Shown one piece after another: positions 20,133-29,695 of a stretch of 64,000 nt of DNA. The notes beneath the pieces were generated by a model. It saw only the letters and a list, made by a program, of their open reading frames with translations, was not told the DNA's origin and made no database searches. Positions within the stretch are counted from its first letter, which is position 1. Every line of letters begins with the position of its first letter. Made by a program: the position numbers and the translations under genes. Source of the stretch: Bdellovibrionota bacterium (GTDB taxonomy: Bacteria > Bdellovibrionota_C > UBA2361 > CALJRW01); assembly GCA_041740355.1 (NCBI GenBank), contig JBGSMD010000013.1:1-64000 (forward strand). The letters run 5' to 3'.

Positions 20133-20929
20133 ATGCATATTATGGACCTAGCCACTATATACTCTGAACTTTATCGAATTTTTCTTGGAAATGAGTCCTT
20201 CCTTTTTTTCTTAGAAATTATTTTTCGTACAACAATCATGTACGTTTATATGCTCTGCGCAATTCGTTATGTTGGCAAACGTGGCATGGGACAACTTTCA
20301 CCATTTGAATTCTTAATTGTAATACTTTTAGGCTCAGCCGGTGGGGATTCCATGTTTTATCCTGATGTACCATTACTCCATGCAATTCTTACAATCACAG
20401 TCGTTGTGCTACTGCAAAAATTGCTTAATTATATAGTAAACCCAAAAAATAGATTTCCGATAAATAGATTAACTAATACTTTCGCTGACCCTTATATTTT
20501 TTACCCTGAAGTAATTTAAGGACCTAAGTTTATAGATAAACCTATGGTTTAACTCTGTTTTTTAAAGTTGGGTTTACTATTTGTCTTTTGGCTCCCGCTG
20601 GTCGCTTCTATAGTCATGATGTGTTTTATAATTTCCTAACGGAAATTATTTATTGGGATGACTATATTACTAATTATTCCAAAAAATCAGAAGAAATGAT
20701 TGAAGGGAAGGCAACTATGATTGTAAAAAATGGAGAACTATTAAAGGAGAATTTGATTATTGAAGAAGTTTCGGAACAAGAAATTATGGTTGAATTACGA
20801 CTTCAAAGTATTAGTAATATTGGAGAGATTGAGCGAGCCTATCTTGAACCTAATGGTAAGATTAGTGTGTTTAAATTTCCTGAAAATAAGCAAAAATCAG
20901 GAATCTCAACTTTTCCATTAGAGTCATAA
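20133..20929 (+). pseudogene. DUF421/YetF membrane protein interrupted by a MITE
   Basis: N-part GKRGMGQLSPFEFLIVILLGS and C-part IEGKATMIVKNG...AYLEPNGKISV. Removing 20434-20666 restores the frame (...LLNY|ITNYSKK...). Confidence 0.9.
20434..20664. mobile_element. Composite MITE with TA target duplication
   Basis: TIRs TAGTAAACCCAAAAAATAGATTTCCG / CGGAAATTATTTATTGGGATGACTA, with TA at 20432-33 and 20665-66. Confidence 0.9.
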
Positions 20930-20966
20930 AAAGGTACTTAGTAAATGAAGAAAATGTTAGCTAAAA

Positions 20967-21659
20967 TTATTTTTTCTTAGATTTCTCTTTATTGCCTTTT
21001 CCTTTATTTTGCTTAGAAGGTTTTTTTTTGGCATTGCCATTTCCCTTAGATTTATTTTTAGCATGTTGAGGTTTGCTATTAGATTTAACTTTAACGTGAT
21101 TTTTTTGAATAATTACTTTAGGGTGTTTATTGCGAATAATTATCGACTTCTCAGGAGAGAGGTTATCTACAAATCCAATCATTTTCACTGTAGCTAGGGA
21201 AATTAACTCCTGATCCTGCCAGTTATATTGTTTGTATGATTTATTATTGTAATATTCCCAAGCCTTACTATAAGGTGGTCCATATTGCTGAACATCAGCA
21301 GTTGGATATAGAAAATACGGATCGATTCCCAGAGAAGAAAAAATGCTTCCCCATAACTGATTGTTGTTTCTTTGCTCAATAACTTGTGGCACTAAATTTG
21401 GATACTGCCGATAAATTTCCAATAATAAGGGAAGTTCATTTTGAGGAATGTTATTATACAAGTTTTGTGGAATTCCGTAGCGGTTGGAAAGTTCCGCTGA
21501 ATACAATTCAAGATTCCCATCTTTAAAGCGAATACCTGTCTCTTGAGCAGAAACCAACGTGCTGCAAAGTAGCACTAAGTGGCAAAGGAATAAAAATTGA
21601 ATTAATTTTTTTGAATGGAATTGAGTTTTCATGTGGAGAAACTTATTTCCAATCTCCAA
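20967..21659 (-). CDS. Secreted hypothetical protein with Lys/Gly/Asn-rich tail
   Basis: Signal peptide, YGPPYSKAW motif, basic C-terminus. Confidence 0.75.
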   Translation of the reverse strand: MEIGNKFLHMKTQFHSKKLIQFLFLCHLVLLCSTLVSAQETGIRFKDGNLELYSAELSNRYGIPQNLYNNIPQNELPLLLEIYRQYPNLVPQVIEQRNNNQLWGSIFSSLGIDPYFLYPTADVQQYGPPYSKAWEYYNNKSYKQYNWQDQELISLATVKMIGFVDNLSPEKSIIIRNKHPKVIIQKNHVKVKSNSKPQHAKNKSKGNGNAKKKPSKQNKGKGNKEKSKKK

Positions 21660-21718
21660 TTTTAACTATGATCTTTATCATATTCTTAAAAGTTATTAAC
21701 TCTACAAAAAACTTGTTG

Positions 21719-22060
21719 TTAAATCTTCTTTACGAATTCCGATTTAAGTTTCATGGCACCAAATCCATCAATCTTACAATCGATGTCATGATCACCATCC
21801 ACCAGGCGAATATTCTTAACTTTTGTTCCAACTTTTACAACGGAAGAAGTCCCTTTTATTTTTAGATCTTTAATTACAGTAACTGAATCTCCATCTTGGA
21901 GAACATTTCCATTGGCATCTTTAATACCCGCAGTTTCTGCAAGATTCTCCGACTCAGCTTTAATTAACCATTCATTGGCACATTCAGGGCAGACATACAT
22001 TAATTGATCTTCGTAAGTGTATTCCGAATTACATTTAGGGCAGTGAGGAAGTTCTGTCAT
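21719..22060 (-). CDS. phnA: PhnA/YjdM zinc-ribbon protein
   Basis: [14 protein letters not shown]...[38 protein letters not shown]. Confidence 0.95.
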   Translation of the reverse strand: MTELPHCPKCNSEYTYEDQLMYVCPECANEWLIKAESENLAETAGIKDANGNVLQDGDSVTVIKDLKIKGTSSVVKVGTKVKNIRLVDGDHDIDCKIDGFGAMKLKSEFVKKI

Positions 22061-22368
22061 ATTATTACTCTGGTAGAAAGCTTGGCAGCTTATAGATTGT
22101 CAGACCATATATAGATTAGAGTAATTGTAATAAAGATCAAGCAGTTGGGGGTATTCAGGGGGGCACATTAACAGATTTAAATCATCATCCAAATTCGGAT
22201 GAGTCATGACAAATCTCTCTTTGAAAACCATTCCAGTAATTTGGTTTAAATCATCTAATCAGTCATAGATTCAGCGATGGTGGAAGTTTTTTACGCTTTC
22301 TTTAAATTCTAATTGGTTTTTAGTATACTTGGAAAAAATAAAAATATTTTACTTAAGATGATGATCAA

Positions 22369-22722
22369 ATGGCATGGTATTTAGTTAAGATTGTGATTAC
22401 ATCAATTATTATTGTAGTAGTTTCAGAAATTGGAAAATTTAATTCCCTTATGGGAAGTTTATTAGCATCAATTCCACTGATTAGTGTTTTGGGTATGATT
22501 TGGATGTACCAAGAGCGAGTCCCTATTGTCAAGATTAGTGCACATAGTACCGGAGTATTTTGGATGGTTTTGCCAAGTCTTCCGATGTTCCTATTACTAC
22601 CTTGGTTATTGGATAAGCATGGTTGGAATTTCTATTCTAGTTTAGCAGTGAGCCTAAGTGTCACTATTTTGCTTTATTTCCTTACAGTGATGGTAGTAAG
22701 ACGATATGGAATATTGATTTAA
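22369..22722 (+). CDS. DUF3147-family membrane protein
   Basis: VSEIGK...LLASIPLISVL...VFWMVLPSLPMFL, about 4 TM segments. Confidence 0.85.
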   Translation: MAWYLVKIVITSIIIVVVSEIGKFNSLMGSLLASIPLISVLGMIWMYQERVPIVKISAHSTGVFWMVLPSLPMFLLLPWLLDKHGWNFYSSLAVSLSVTILLYFLTVMVVRRYGILI

Positions 22723-22776
22723 TGCAGCAAATTGCTCTAATCATTTAAACTAGACTATCCGATAGGTATTAAATGA

Positions 22777-23253
22777 TTGTTAAATTCAGAGATACAGTGG
22801 TATAAAATTTTTATGTTGAGTTACCAGAAAATTACAGCACGATTTATAGCTTATTGCTTTGTGGCTGTTTTATTTCTTTTTGCTAATCATTGTTTCTTAG
22901 AAGAAGCCTGTGCTTCTTTGGGTAAAGTTGATTTAGGGGGGCATCCTGTAAGTGATGAATCTAAATCGGAAAGCGATCCTTGCCATGATAATTCCTCAGG
23001 CTCTGAGAATGAAAGTGAAGCGTGTCCGATACTTGGGGTAAGTCTGCATAAATCAATTACCACTAGTCAAGTTTATAATGATCTAGTTGATTTCAGTTTA
23101 GAGTTTTCCAGTTGGTTGTTAGAGATTTCCCATACTCCTATTTCCTTAACTGATCATATAAAACCCTTAAGCGTAGAGTCCGATGATTTAAATAAGTTAG
23201 AGAATCTTTTTTCGGCATTAAGCTCGGCTCCACAAGCACCACCTCTTAGTTAG
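22777..23253 (+). CDS. Leader protein upstream of czcCBA (CzcI/DUF2946-like architecture), C-terminal APQAPP
   Basis: Hydrophobic N-terminal segment followed by NHC, PCH, CP, and ending ALSSAPQAPPLS*. Probable start is ATG 22813. Confidence 0.8.
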   Translation: MLNSEIQWYKIFMLSYQKITARFIAYCFVAVLFLFANHCFLEEACASLGKVDLGGHPVSDESKSESDPCHDNSSGSENESEACPILGVSLHKSITTSQVYNDLVDFSLEFSSWLLEISHTPISLTDHIKPLSVESDDLNKLENLFSALSSAPQAPPLS

Positions 23254-23302
23254 ATCACCAACTAATACTAAACCATATTATAATTTAAAAACGAGGATCC
23301 TC

Positions 23303-24559
23303 ATGAGTAGATATACTCCTGTCAGGTTCAAAATACTTGCTACATTACTAGTTCTGCTAGTATCGCAGGCAGCATTTTCTGAATCTGATTTACCAAATAA
23401 ATGTAAGACGGAATTGTCTTTTGAAGAGTTTCGAGCAATAGGACTTAAGAATAGTCCCTTACTAGCTAAGGTTGATAGTAAATTTGCAAAGCAGTTGGCT
23501 AGCGCCTTCGATTTAAAAGTCATGGCCAATCCTGAACTGGAGATCGAGAAAACTTTTACAGATATGGAATTAGCAGGCGCTAATGATTCTCAAAATACCG
23601 TGAGCCTTGGACAGAAATTAAGACTATCTGATTTTGGAAAACGGGATCGAGTTGCGGAGTTAATAAAAAAAGCTGGCAAAGTCGGAAAGGAAACTGAGAT
23701 TTTTGAACTCAGTCAGCGAATGAGAATGTTGTACTATCGTCTCTGGGCACTTCAAAAAACTGCCGAAGTTCTTCGACAAGGGGAGTCACGTGCCAAAAGT
23801 AAGCTTGGCTTGGTTAAAGATGCTGTCGCTAAGGGCCTCCTTTCTAAGGGTGAAGAAAAGTTATTTGAAGGAGAGAAATATCGTTTAGAAGCAAGTCAGC
23901 TAGGAGTGAACACTAGCATTGCACTTACTCAACATGAAATTCAAAAGAACCTGGGAATTTCATGTGTGGTAGCTAAGCTACCTCCAGTATCAGCTAGTAT
24001 TCCTGAGATAGAAGACTTATTGGAATTATCAGCAGAGAGCGAAATTAGTGAGCAATCCAGATTACAAATTTTGGATAAGTTAGCACTAGAGCAAAATCAG
24101 TTAGCTGAACTAGATTCTTATCCAGAGTTTACCCCTCGCTTAGTTTATCAACACACGAATGATGGGGGAGATTTCTTTGGTTTTGGTATCACCATTCCTT
24201 TGCCGGCTTGGAATCGTAATCAGTCTGATAAATTAAGAACGGAAGCAGAACTGAAGGAAACCGAAGCTCGAAAAAAAATGTTTGAGCCAGAAGCATTAAA
24301 GTCGCAGGTAACTTATTTGCAAGTTGCCAATGTTAATGCTCAAAAGCAATTCGCACTTTTTCAATCGAATGTAATTCCTTCCTTTACGGAAGCGTTAAAA
24401 ATTCAAGAAGATCTTTTTACTAAGGGCAAAGGAGATGTTTTACAAGTTTGGCAAGGATTAAGATTATTAAGTGAAGTTCAAGAACAATCATTAAAACTTT
24501 GGAGTAGCAATATCGCTGCTCGAATTCGCTTATCGTTACTAATCGGAGAGGAGATCTAA
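23303..24559 (+). CDS. czcC: TolC-family outer membrane factor of a heavy-metal RND system
   Basis: Signal peptide, NPELEI, GITIPLPAWNRNQ. First gene of the CBA operon. Confidence 0.88.
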   Translation: MSRYTPVRFKILATLLVLLVSQAAFSESDLPNKCKTELSFEEFRAIGLKNSPLLAKVDSKFAKQLASAFDLKVMANPELEIEKTFTDMELAGANDSQNTVSLGQKLRLSDFGKRDRVAELIKKAGKVGKETEIFELSQRMRMLYYRLWALQKTAEVLRQGESRAKSKLGLVKDAVAKGLLSKGEEKLFEGEKYRLEASQLGVNTSIALTQHEIQKNLGISCVVAKLPPVSASIPEIEDLLELSAESEISEQSRLQILDKLALEQNQLAELDSYPEFTPRLVYQHTNDGGDFFGFGITIPLPAWNRNQSDKLRTEAELKETEARKKMFEPEALKSQVTYLQVANVNAQKQFALFQSNVIPSFTEALKIQEDLFTKGKGDVLQVWQGLRLLSEVQEQSLKLWSSNIAARIRLSLLIGEEI

Positions 24560-26002
24560 ATGTTTATTCAATTTAAAAAAATCGGTTTACTGACAATCAT
24601 CCTTGCGATGATCTTTTTTGGTTTGAGTTGCAAGGGTGTAAAGCACCAAGATAATCATGCGGATCATCAAGAATCTGGGGAAGTTAAATCTACTAATGCT
24701 AAGGACAATCATGTTGAGCACGATGACCATGCCGGACATGAAGATGAAAAACACGAGGATCATGATGACCATGGAGATCACCATGATGAGAAAGTAGTTA
24801 AGTTAGAGAATCATGATGATCACGAGGACCATGGAGGTCATGGAGGTCATGGAGATCATCACGAAGAAGAGGAAGAGGTTAAGGGAGAACATGGTGGACG
24901 TCTCTTAGTAAAAGAAGATTTCACTTTGGAATTGGCTATTTTTGAACAAGGTGTTGAACCACAATATCGAGTCTATGGTTACCAAGATGGGGAACTAGTT
25001 CCTGCCAAAGATTTAGAAGTTAAAGTTCAATTAAAACGACTTGGCGGAGAGGTTAATAATTTTACATTTACAGCTGTGGGTCAATTTTTAAGTAGTGATC
25101 AGATTGTTACTGAACCGCATTCTTTTGATGTTAAAGTTGAGGCTCAGTATCAAGATCAATCTTACGAATGGGAATTTGAATCTTATGAAGGTCGAACTAC
25201 TATTGCTGATCAAGTGGCAAAGCAATCAGAAATTAAAATTGAAAAAGTGGGGCAGCAGATTATTAAATCAATGATTGATGTCCGCGGGAAGATTTTACCA
25301 AGTGAACATCGAATTGCTCATATTGTTCCCAGGTTTTCAGGTATCGTAAAAGAAGGCAAGAAGCATATAGGGGATCCTGTAGAGAAAGGAGAAGTCTTAG
25401 CAATTATTGAAAGCAACCAAAGTTTGCAACCTTATGAAGTGCGCTCGCAGATTGCGGGAACAATTATTAATGGTCATTTAATTGTTGGAGAATATGTTCC
25501 TGAGAATCAGTGGGTCTATATTGTTGCTGATTTATCAGAAGTCTGGGCAGATTTTTTAGTTCCAATTAATCAGCGTCATTTAATTAAGAAAGGGCAATCA
25601 GTAACACTCACAACTTCTGACAAAGGAAGTTTTGCAGGAAAAATCTACTACATTGCTCCATACTTAGATGAAAAAACTCAGTCACAGTTAATCCGAGTAA
25701 TCATACCAAATAAAGAAGGACAATTACTACCGGGCATGTTTGTCACAGGTAGCATTGAAACTGAAGAACAAATGGCCAAACTCGCAGTAAAAAATTCAGC
25801 CATCCAACGCTTTAATGATTGGCAGGTTGTTTTTGCAAAACATGGTGAGGTTTATGAGATAAGACCAATAGAGTTAGGAAAAAGTGATGGGGAATGGACG
25901 GAAGTACTCTCGGGACTAAAAGCCGATGAAGAGTATGTTACAACAAATGCTTTCACTGTGAAGGCTGACATTATGAAATCGGGTGCTAGTCACGATCATT
26001 AA
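24560..26002 (+). CDS. czcB: RND membrane fusion protein with His-rich N-terminus
   Basis: Lipobox GLSC, His/Asp/Glu-rich tract, GEHGGRLL, EPHSFDV, C-terminal KSGASHDH. Confidence 0.92.
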   Translation: MFIQFKKIGLLTIILAMIFFGLSCKGVKHQDNHADHQESGEVKSTNAKDNHVEHDDHAGHEDEKHEDHDDHGDHHDEKVVKLENHDDHEDHGGHGGHGDHHEEEEEVKGEHGGRLLVKEDFTLELAIFEQGVEPQYRVYGYQDGELVPAKDLEVKVQLKRLGGEVNNFTFTAVGQFLSSDQIVTEPHSFDVKVEAQYQDQSYEWEFESYEGRTTIADQVAKQSEIKIEKVGQQIIKSMIDVRGKILPSEHRIAHIVPRFSGIVKEGKKHIGDPVEKGEVLAIIESNQSLQPYEVRSQIAGTIINGHLIVGEYVPENQWVYIVADLSEVWADFLVPINQRHLIKKGQSVTLTTSDKGSFAGKIYYIAPYLDEKTQSQLIRVIIPNKEGQLLPGMFVTGSIETEEQMAKLAVKNSAIQRFNDWQVVFAKHGEVYEIRPIELGKSDGEWTEVLSGLKADEEYVTTNAFTVKADIMKSGASHDH

Positions 26003-26022
26003 TTAGTTTTGAAGTTTTCAAT

Positions 26023-29000
26023 ATGTTTAACTCAATTATTCGTTTTTCCATTCAATATCGCTATTTAGTTTTAGTGCTCACATTGCTCAGTATGTTCTTG
26101 GGAATTTATTCCTATAAACATCTAAGAATTGATGCTGTGCCAGACATTACTAATGTTCAAGTACAGATTAATAGTGAGGCAGTTGGCTACTCACCCTTGG
26201 AAGTTGAGCAACGGATTACTAACCCGATGGAAATTCTTTTAGCAGGAATACCTGGATTAGAATATTCGCGTTCACTCTCGCGTTATGGATTATCTCAAGT
26301 GACGCTAATCTTTAAAGATGGGACTGATATTTATTTTGCACGGCAACTTGTTTCTCAAAGGCTGCAAGAAGCAGTTAGTCAATTGCCGGATGGCATAGTT
26401 CCTTCTCTTGGACCAATTGCAACAGGGTTAGGAGAGATCTTTATGTTCACTGTGGAAAATTCAGTGCGTACAAGATCACATCGAAGCTTGCAAGAGTTAA
26501 GAGAGATTCAAGATTGGATTGTAAAGCCACAGCTCCGAACAATTCCTGGAGTTATTGAAATAAATTCGATCGGGGGTGCTTCCAAACAATATGTGATCAC
26601 TCCTGATTTGGAGCGTTTACGGGGATATGATCTAACTCTTGATGATTTAACAGTTGCCATTGCCAAGAATAATTCTAATGTTGGTGCCGGATTTATTGAG
26701 CAAAATGGTGAACAATTATTAATTCGCGTTCCTGCGCAACTTGATAATCCAGAGGAGCTTTTAGATATAGTCGTCGGCATACACGAAAGTATTCCAGTCT
26801 TAGTAAAGGACTTAGCAAGTTTAGAAATTGGATCCGAGTTGCGAACTGGTGCCGCTACCGAAAATGGCCGAGAAGTAGTTTTAGGAACTGTTTTTATGTT
26901 GATCGGTGAAAACGGTAGGGAAGTCTCAGGATTAGTAAGCGAGCGAATTAAGCAAATAGCGTCGTCATTACCGGAGGGTGTAATTATTAAACCAGTTTAT
27001 GATCGAACAAATTTAGTAAACTCTACAATTGTTACCGTTCGTAAGAATTTAATCGAAGGTGCGCTGCTTGTAATTGTAATCTTATTTTTAATGCTAGGAA
27101 ATTTTCGGGCAGCATTAATCACAGCCTGCGTGATACCACTCTCGATGCTGATTACTATTTTTGGAATGTCCAGTAGCAAGTTAAGTGCAAATCTAATGAG
27201 CTTAGGGGCGTTAGATTTTGGTCTCATTGTAGATGGGGCTGTGATTCTTGTTGAAAACTGTACTCGCCGTTTAGGAATGTTGCAACATCAACTGGGAAGA
27301 TTACTCACAAAGGAAGAGCGCTTAAATGTAATCTATCAGGCTTCCACTGAAGTTCGCCAAGCAACACTCTTTGGTGAACTAATTATTATGATTGTTTATG
27401 TTCCAATTCTAACACTAACTGGGATTGAGGGTAAAATGTATCACCCGATGGCATTTACAGTTTTATTAGCACTTGGGGCCGCATTCATCCTTTCTTTAAC
27501 TTTTATTCCCGCCGCGGTTGCAGTTTTTATGACTGGTAAAGTGAAAGAAAAGGAAGGGGGCCTTTTACACATATTGCAAAAAACTTATCAGCAACTACTT
27601 AAATTTTTGCTTCAAAAGCCATTTATTACAGTTAGTATTTCCGTAGTTATATTTTTTCTATCACTAACAATTTTTAATAAGCTGGGATCAGAGTTTGTAC
27701 CTTCACTGGATGAAGGAGATATTGCTATGCACGCACTAAGAATTCCTGGGACTTCTTTGCAGCAATCAGTTGAGATGCAACATAAACTCGAGAAAGCAAT
27801 TAAAACTGTTCCCGAAGTAAGTAATGTTTTTGCGAAGATTGGTACTGCTGAGATTGCCAACGATCCGATGCCACCAAGTGTTGCTGATGGATTTGTGATG
27901 TTAAAGCCGCGCTCGGAATGGAAAAACCCACGTAAACCTAAAGAAGTATTAGTGTCAGAAATCGAAGAAATAGTTCAAGCCATTCCAGGGAATAATTATG
28001 AATTTACCCAGCCCATTCAAATGCGTTTTAATGAACTAATTGCTGGTGTTAGAAGCGATGTCGCGGTAAAGATTTTTGGTGATAATCCAGACGTTTTACT
28101 GGAACAAGGTGATCGAATACGAGATTTACTGGCCAGTGTGGACGGTGCCTCGGATGTTAAATTGGAACAAATTACCGGATTGCCAGTAATCGTTGTTAAG
28201 CCAAATCGTGAAAAAATGGCTCGACTTGGACTGAATGCTAGTGAAGTGCAGGAAGTAGTCCAAACGGCATTTGCTGGAAATCATGTTAGTGAATTCTTTG
28301 AAGGGGATCGTAAATTTCCAATTATGGTTCGACTATCTGAAAAGGATCGCAATGATATTAATTCAATTCGTTCGCTTCCAATTCCACTTCCGATTGAAAA
28401 TGAAGATCACGGACACTTAATCGAAACAATTAATTCTGATTTGAAACCGGAACTATCAGAACGATCTTATGTCAGATTAAGCGATATTGCGGAGGTTAGT
28501 ATTGTGGAAGGGCCTAATCAGATTAGCCGTGAGGATGGCAAAAGACGTGTGGTGGTAACGAGTAACGTTAGAAATAGAGACTTAGGTTCTTTTGTTGCGG
28601 AGGCTCAAGTTAAGATTGCCAGCGAAATAAAACTACCAGCAGGCTATTGGTTAAAGTGGGGTGGGCAGTATGAAAACCTACTTTCAGCACAAGCAAAATT
28701 GATGATTGTGATTCCATTAGTTCTGCTGGCAGTTTTTCTGTTAATTTATATTACGCTCCATTCCATTCGTGATTCTTTGATTGTTTTTGTGGGAGTTCCT
28801 TTTGCTTTATCAGGAGGTATCTTTGCACTTTGGTTAAGAGGTATTCCATTCTCAATTTCAGCCGCAGTTGGTTTTATTGCATTATCAGGAGTAGCTGTTT
28901 TAAATAGTCTGGTACTTGTTTCTTTTATCAAAAAGATTCTGTTAGATGGTGTCGATGCAACAAAGGCAATTGTCGAAGGGGCTAGTTCGCGATTACGTCC

Positions 29001-29193
29001 AATCTTGATGACGGCATTAGTCGCATCTCTTGGTTTTATCCCGATGGCCATTTCCGTTGGTACTGGTTCTGAAGTGCAAAGGCCACTTGCCACTGTTGTG
29101 ATTGGTGGGATCATATCTTCCACAATCTTAACACTAATAGTTGTCCCGTGTTTATTGGCAATGGCCTATCGCTTAAAAAAGAAGAAAGAGTGA
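26023..29193 (+). CDS. czcA: CzcA/CusA-family heavy-metal RND permease
   Basis: IDAVPDITNVQVQIN, NLMSLGALDFGLIVDGAVILVEN, EVQRPLATVVIGG. Confidence 0.96.
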   Translation: MFNSIIRFSIQYRYLVLVLTLLSMFLGIYSYKHLRIDAVPDITNVQVQINSEAVGYSPLEVEQRITNPMEILLAGIPGLEYSRSLSRYGLSQVTLIFKDGTDIYFARQLVSQRLQEAVSQLPDGIVPSLGPIATGLGEIFMFTVENSVRTRSHRSLQELREIQDWIVKPQLRTIPGVIEINSIGGASKQYVITPDLERLRGYDLTLDDLTVAIAKNNSNVGAGFIEQNGEQLLIRVPAQLDNPEELLDIVVGIHESIPVLVKDLASLEIGSELRTGAATENGREVVLGTVFMLIGENGREVSGLVSERIKQIASSLPEGVIIKPVYDRTNLVNSTIVTVRKNLIEGALLVIVILFLMLGNFRAALITACVIPLSMLITIFGMSSSKLSANLMSLGALDFGLIVDGAVILVENCTRRLGMLQHQLGRLLTKEERLNVIYQASTEVRQATLFGELIIMIVYVPILTLTGIEGKMYHPMAFTVLLALGAAFILSLTFIPAAVAVFMTGKVKEKEGGLLHILQKTYQQLLKFLLQKPFITVSISVVIFFLSLTIFNKLGSEFVPSLDEGDIAMHALRIPGTSLQQSVEMQHKLEKAIKTVPEVSNVFAKIGTAEIANDPMPPSVADGFVMLKPRSEWKNPRKPKEVLVSEIEEIVQAIPGNNYEFTQPIQMRFNELIAGVRSDVAVKIFGDNPDVLLEQGDRIRDLLASVDGASDVKLEQITGLPVIVVKPNREKMARLGLNASEVQEVVQTAFAGNHVSEFFEGDRKFPIMVRLSEKDRNDINSIRSLPIPLPIENEDHGHLIETINSDLKPELSERSYVRLSDIAEVSIVEGPNQISREDGKRRVVVTSNVRNRDLGSFVAEAQVKIASEIKLPAGYWLKWGGQYENLLSAQAKLMIVIPLVLLAVFLLIYITLHSIRDSLIVFVGVPFALSGGIFALWLRGIPFSISAAVGFIALSGVAVLNSLVLVSFIKKILLDGVDATKAIVEGASSRLRPILMTALVASLGFIPMAISVGTGSEVQRPLATVVIGGIISSTILTLIVVPCLLAMAYRLKKKKE

Positions 29194-29269
29194 TATTTAA
29201 AAGTTAACTTACTGATTTAAGTTAATGAGTTGACGTATTGAGAATAAAATATTTTATTTAGGAGAGAAC

Positions 29270-29644
29270 ATGAGAAACTACAAAAGATATTATACATTAA
29301 CCAAATTTATTCCTATTTTGCTTATAATTTTATTTATGCAAGTTAGTAGTGTTTGGGCAGAGGGTCTAACAAGAGCAGAAACAAAATATACTTGTATGGT
29401 TAATAATACAGTTTTTACTAGAGATCAGATTCCGACGGTTGTGGAAGGTCGAATCTATTATGGCTGTTGCGAAATGTGTGCCGATAAACTAGCAAATAAC
29501 CCAGCGGTAAGAAAAGCAATTGATCCAGTTAGTGGTAAGGATGTTGATAAAGCAACTGCTGTAATAGGTGGAGATAGGTTAGGTAAAGCCTACTATTTTG
29601 AAAATGAAGAGAATTTTAAACTATTTAGTCTCACAAAGGGGTAG
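29270..29644 (+). CDS. Secreted YHS/TRASH-like metal-binding protein
   Basis: CMVNN, YYGCCEMC, DPVSG, YYFENEEN. AGGAG SD. Confidence 0.8.
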   Translation: MRNYKRYYTLTKFIPILLIILFMQVSSVWAEGLTRAETKYTCMVNNTVFTRDQIPTVVEGRIYYGCCEMCADKLANNPAVRKAIDPVSGKDVDKATAVIGGDRLGKAYYFENEENFKLFSLTKG

Positions 29645-29695
29645 TCTAAATTAAAAGGCTTAACTTGTTTACTTGTTAAGACCACTCAGCACCTT

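Noticed and set aside
20588-20929. 113-aa ORF as an independent gene
   Set aside because: It starts inside the MITE and is the 3' half of the split DUF421 gene.
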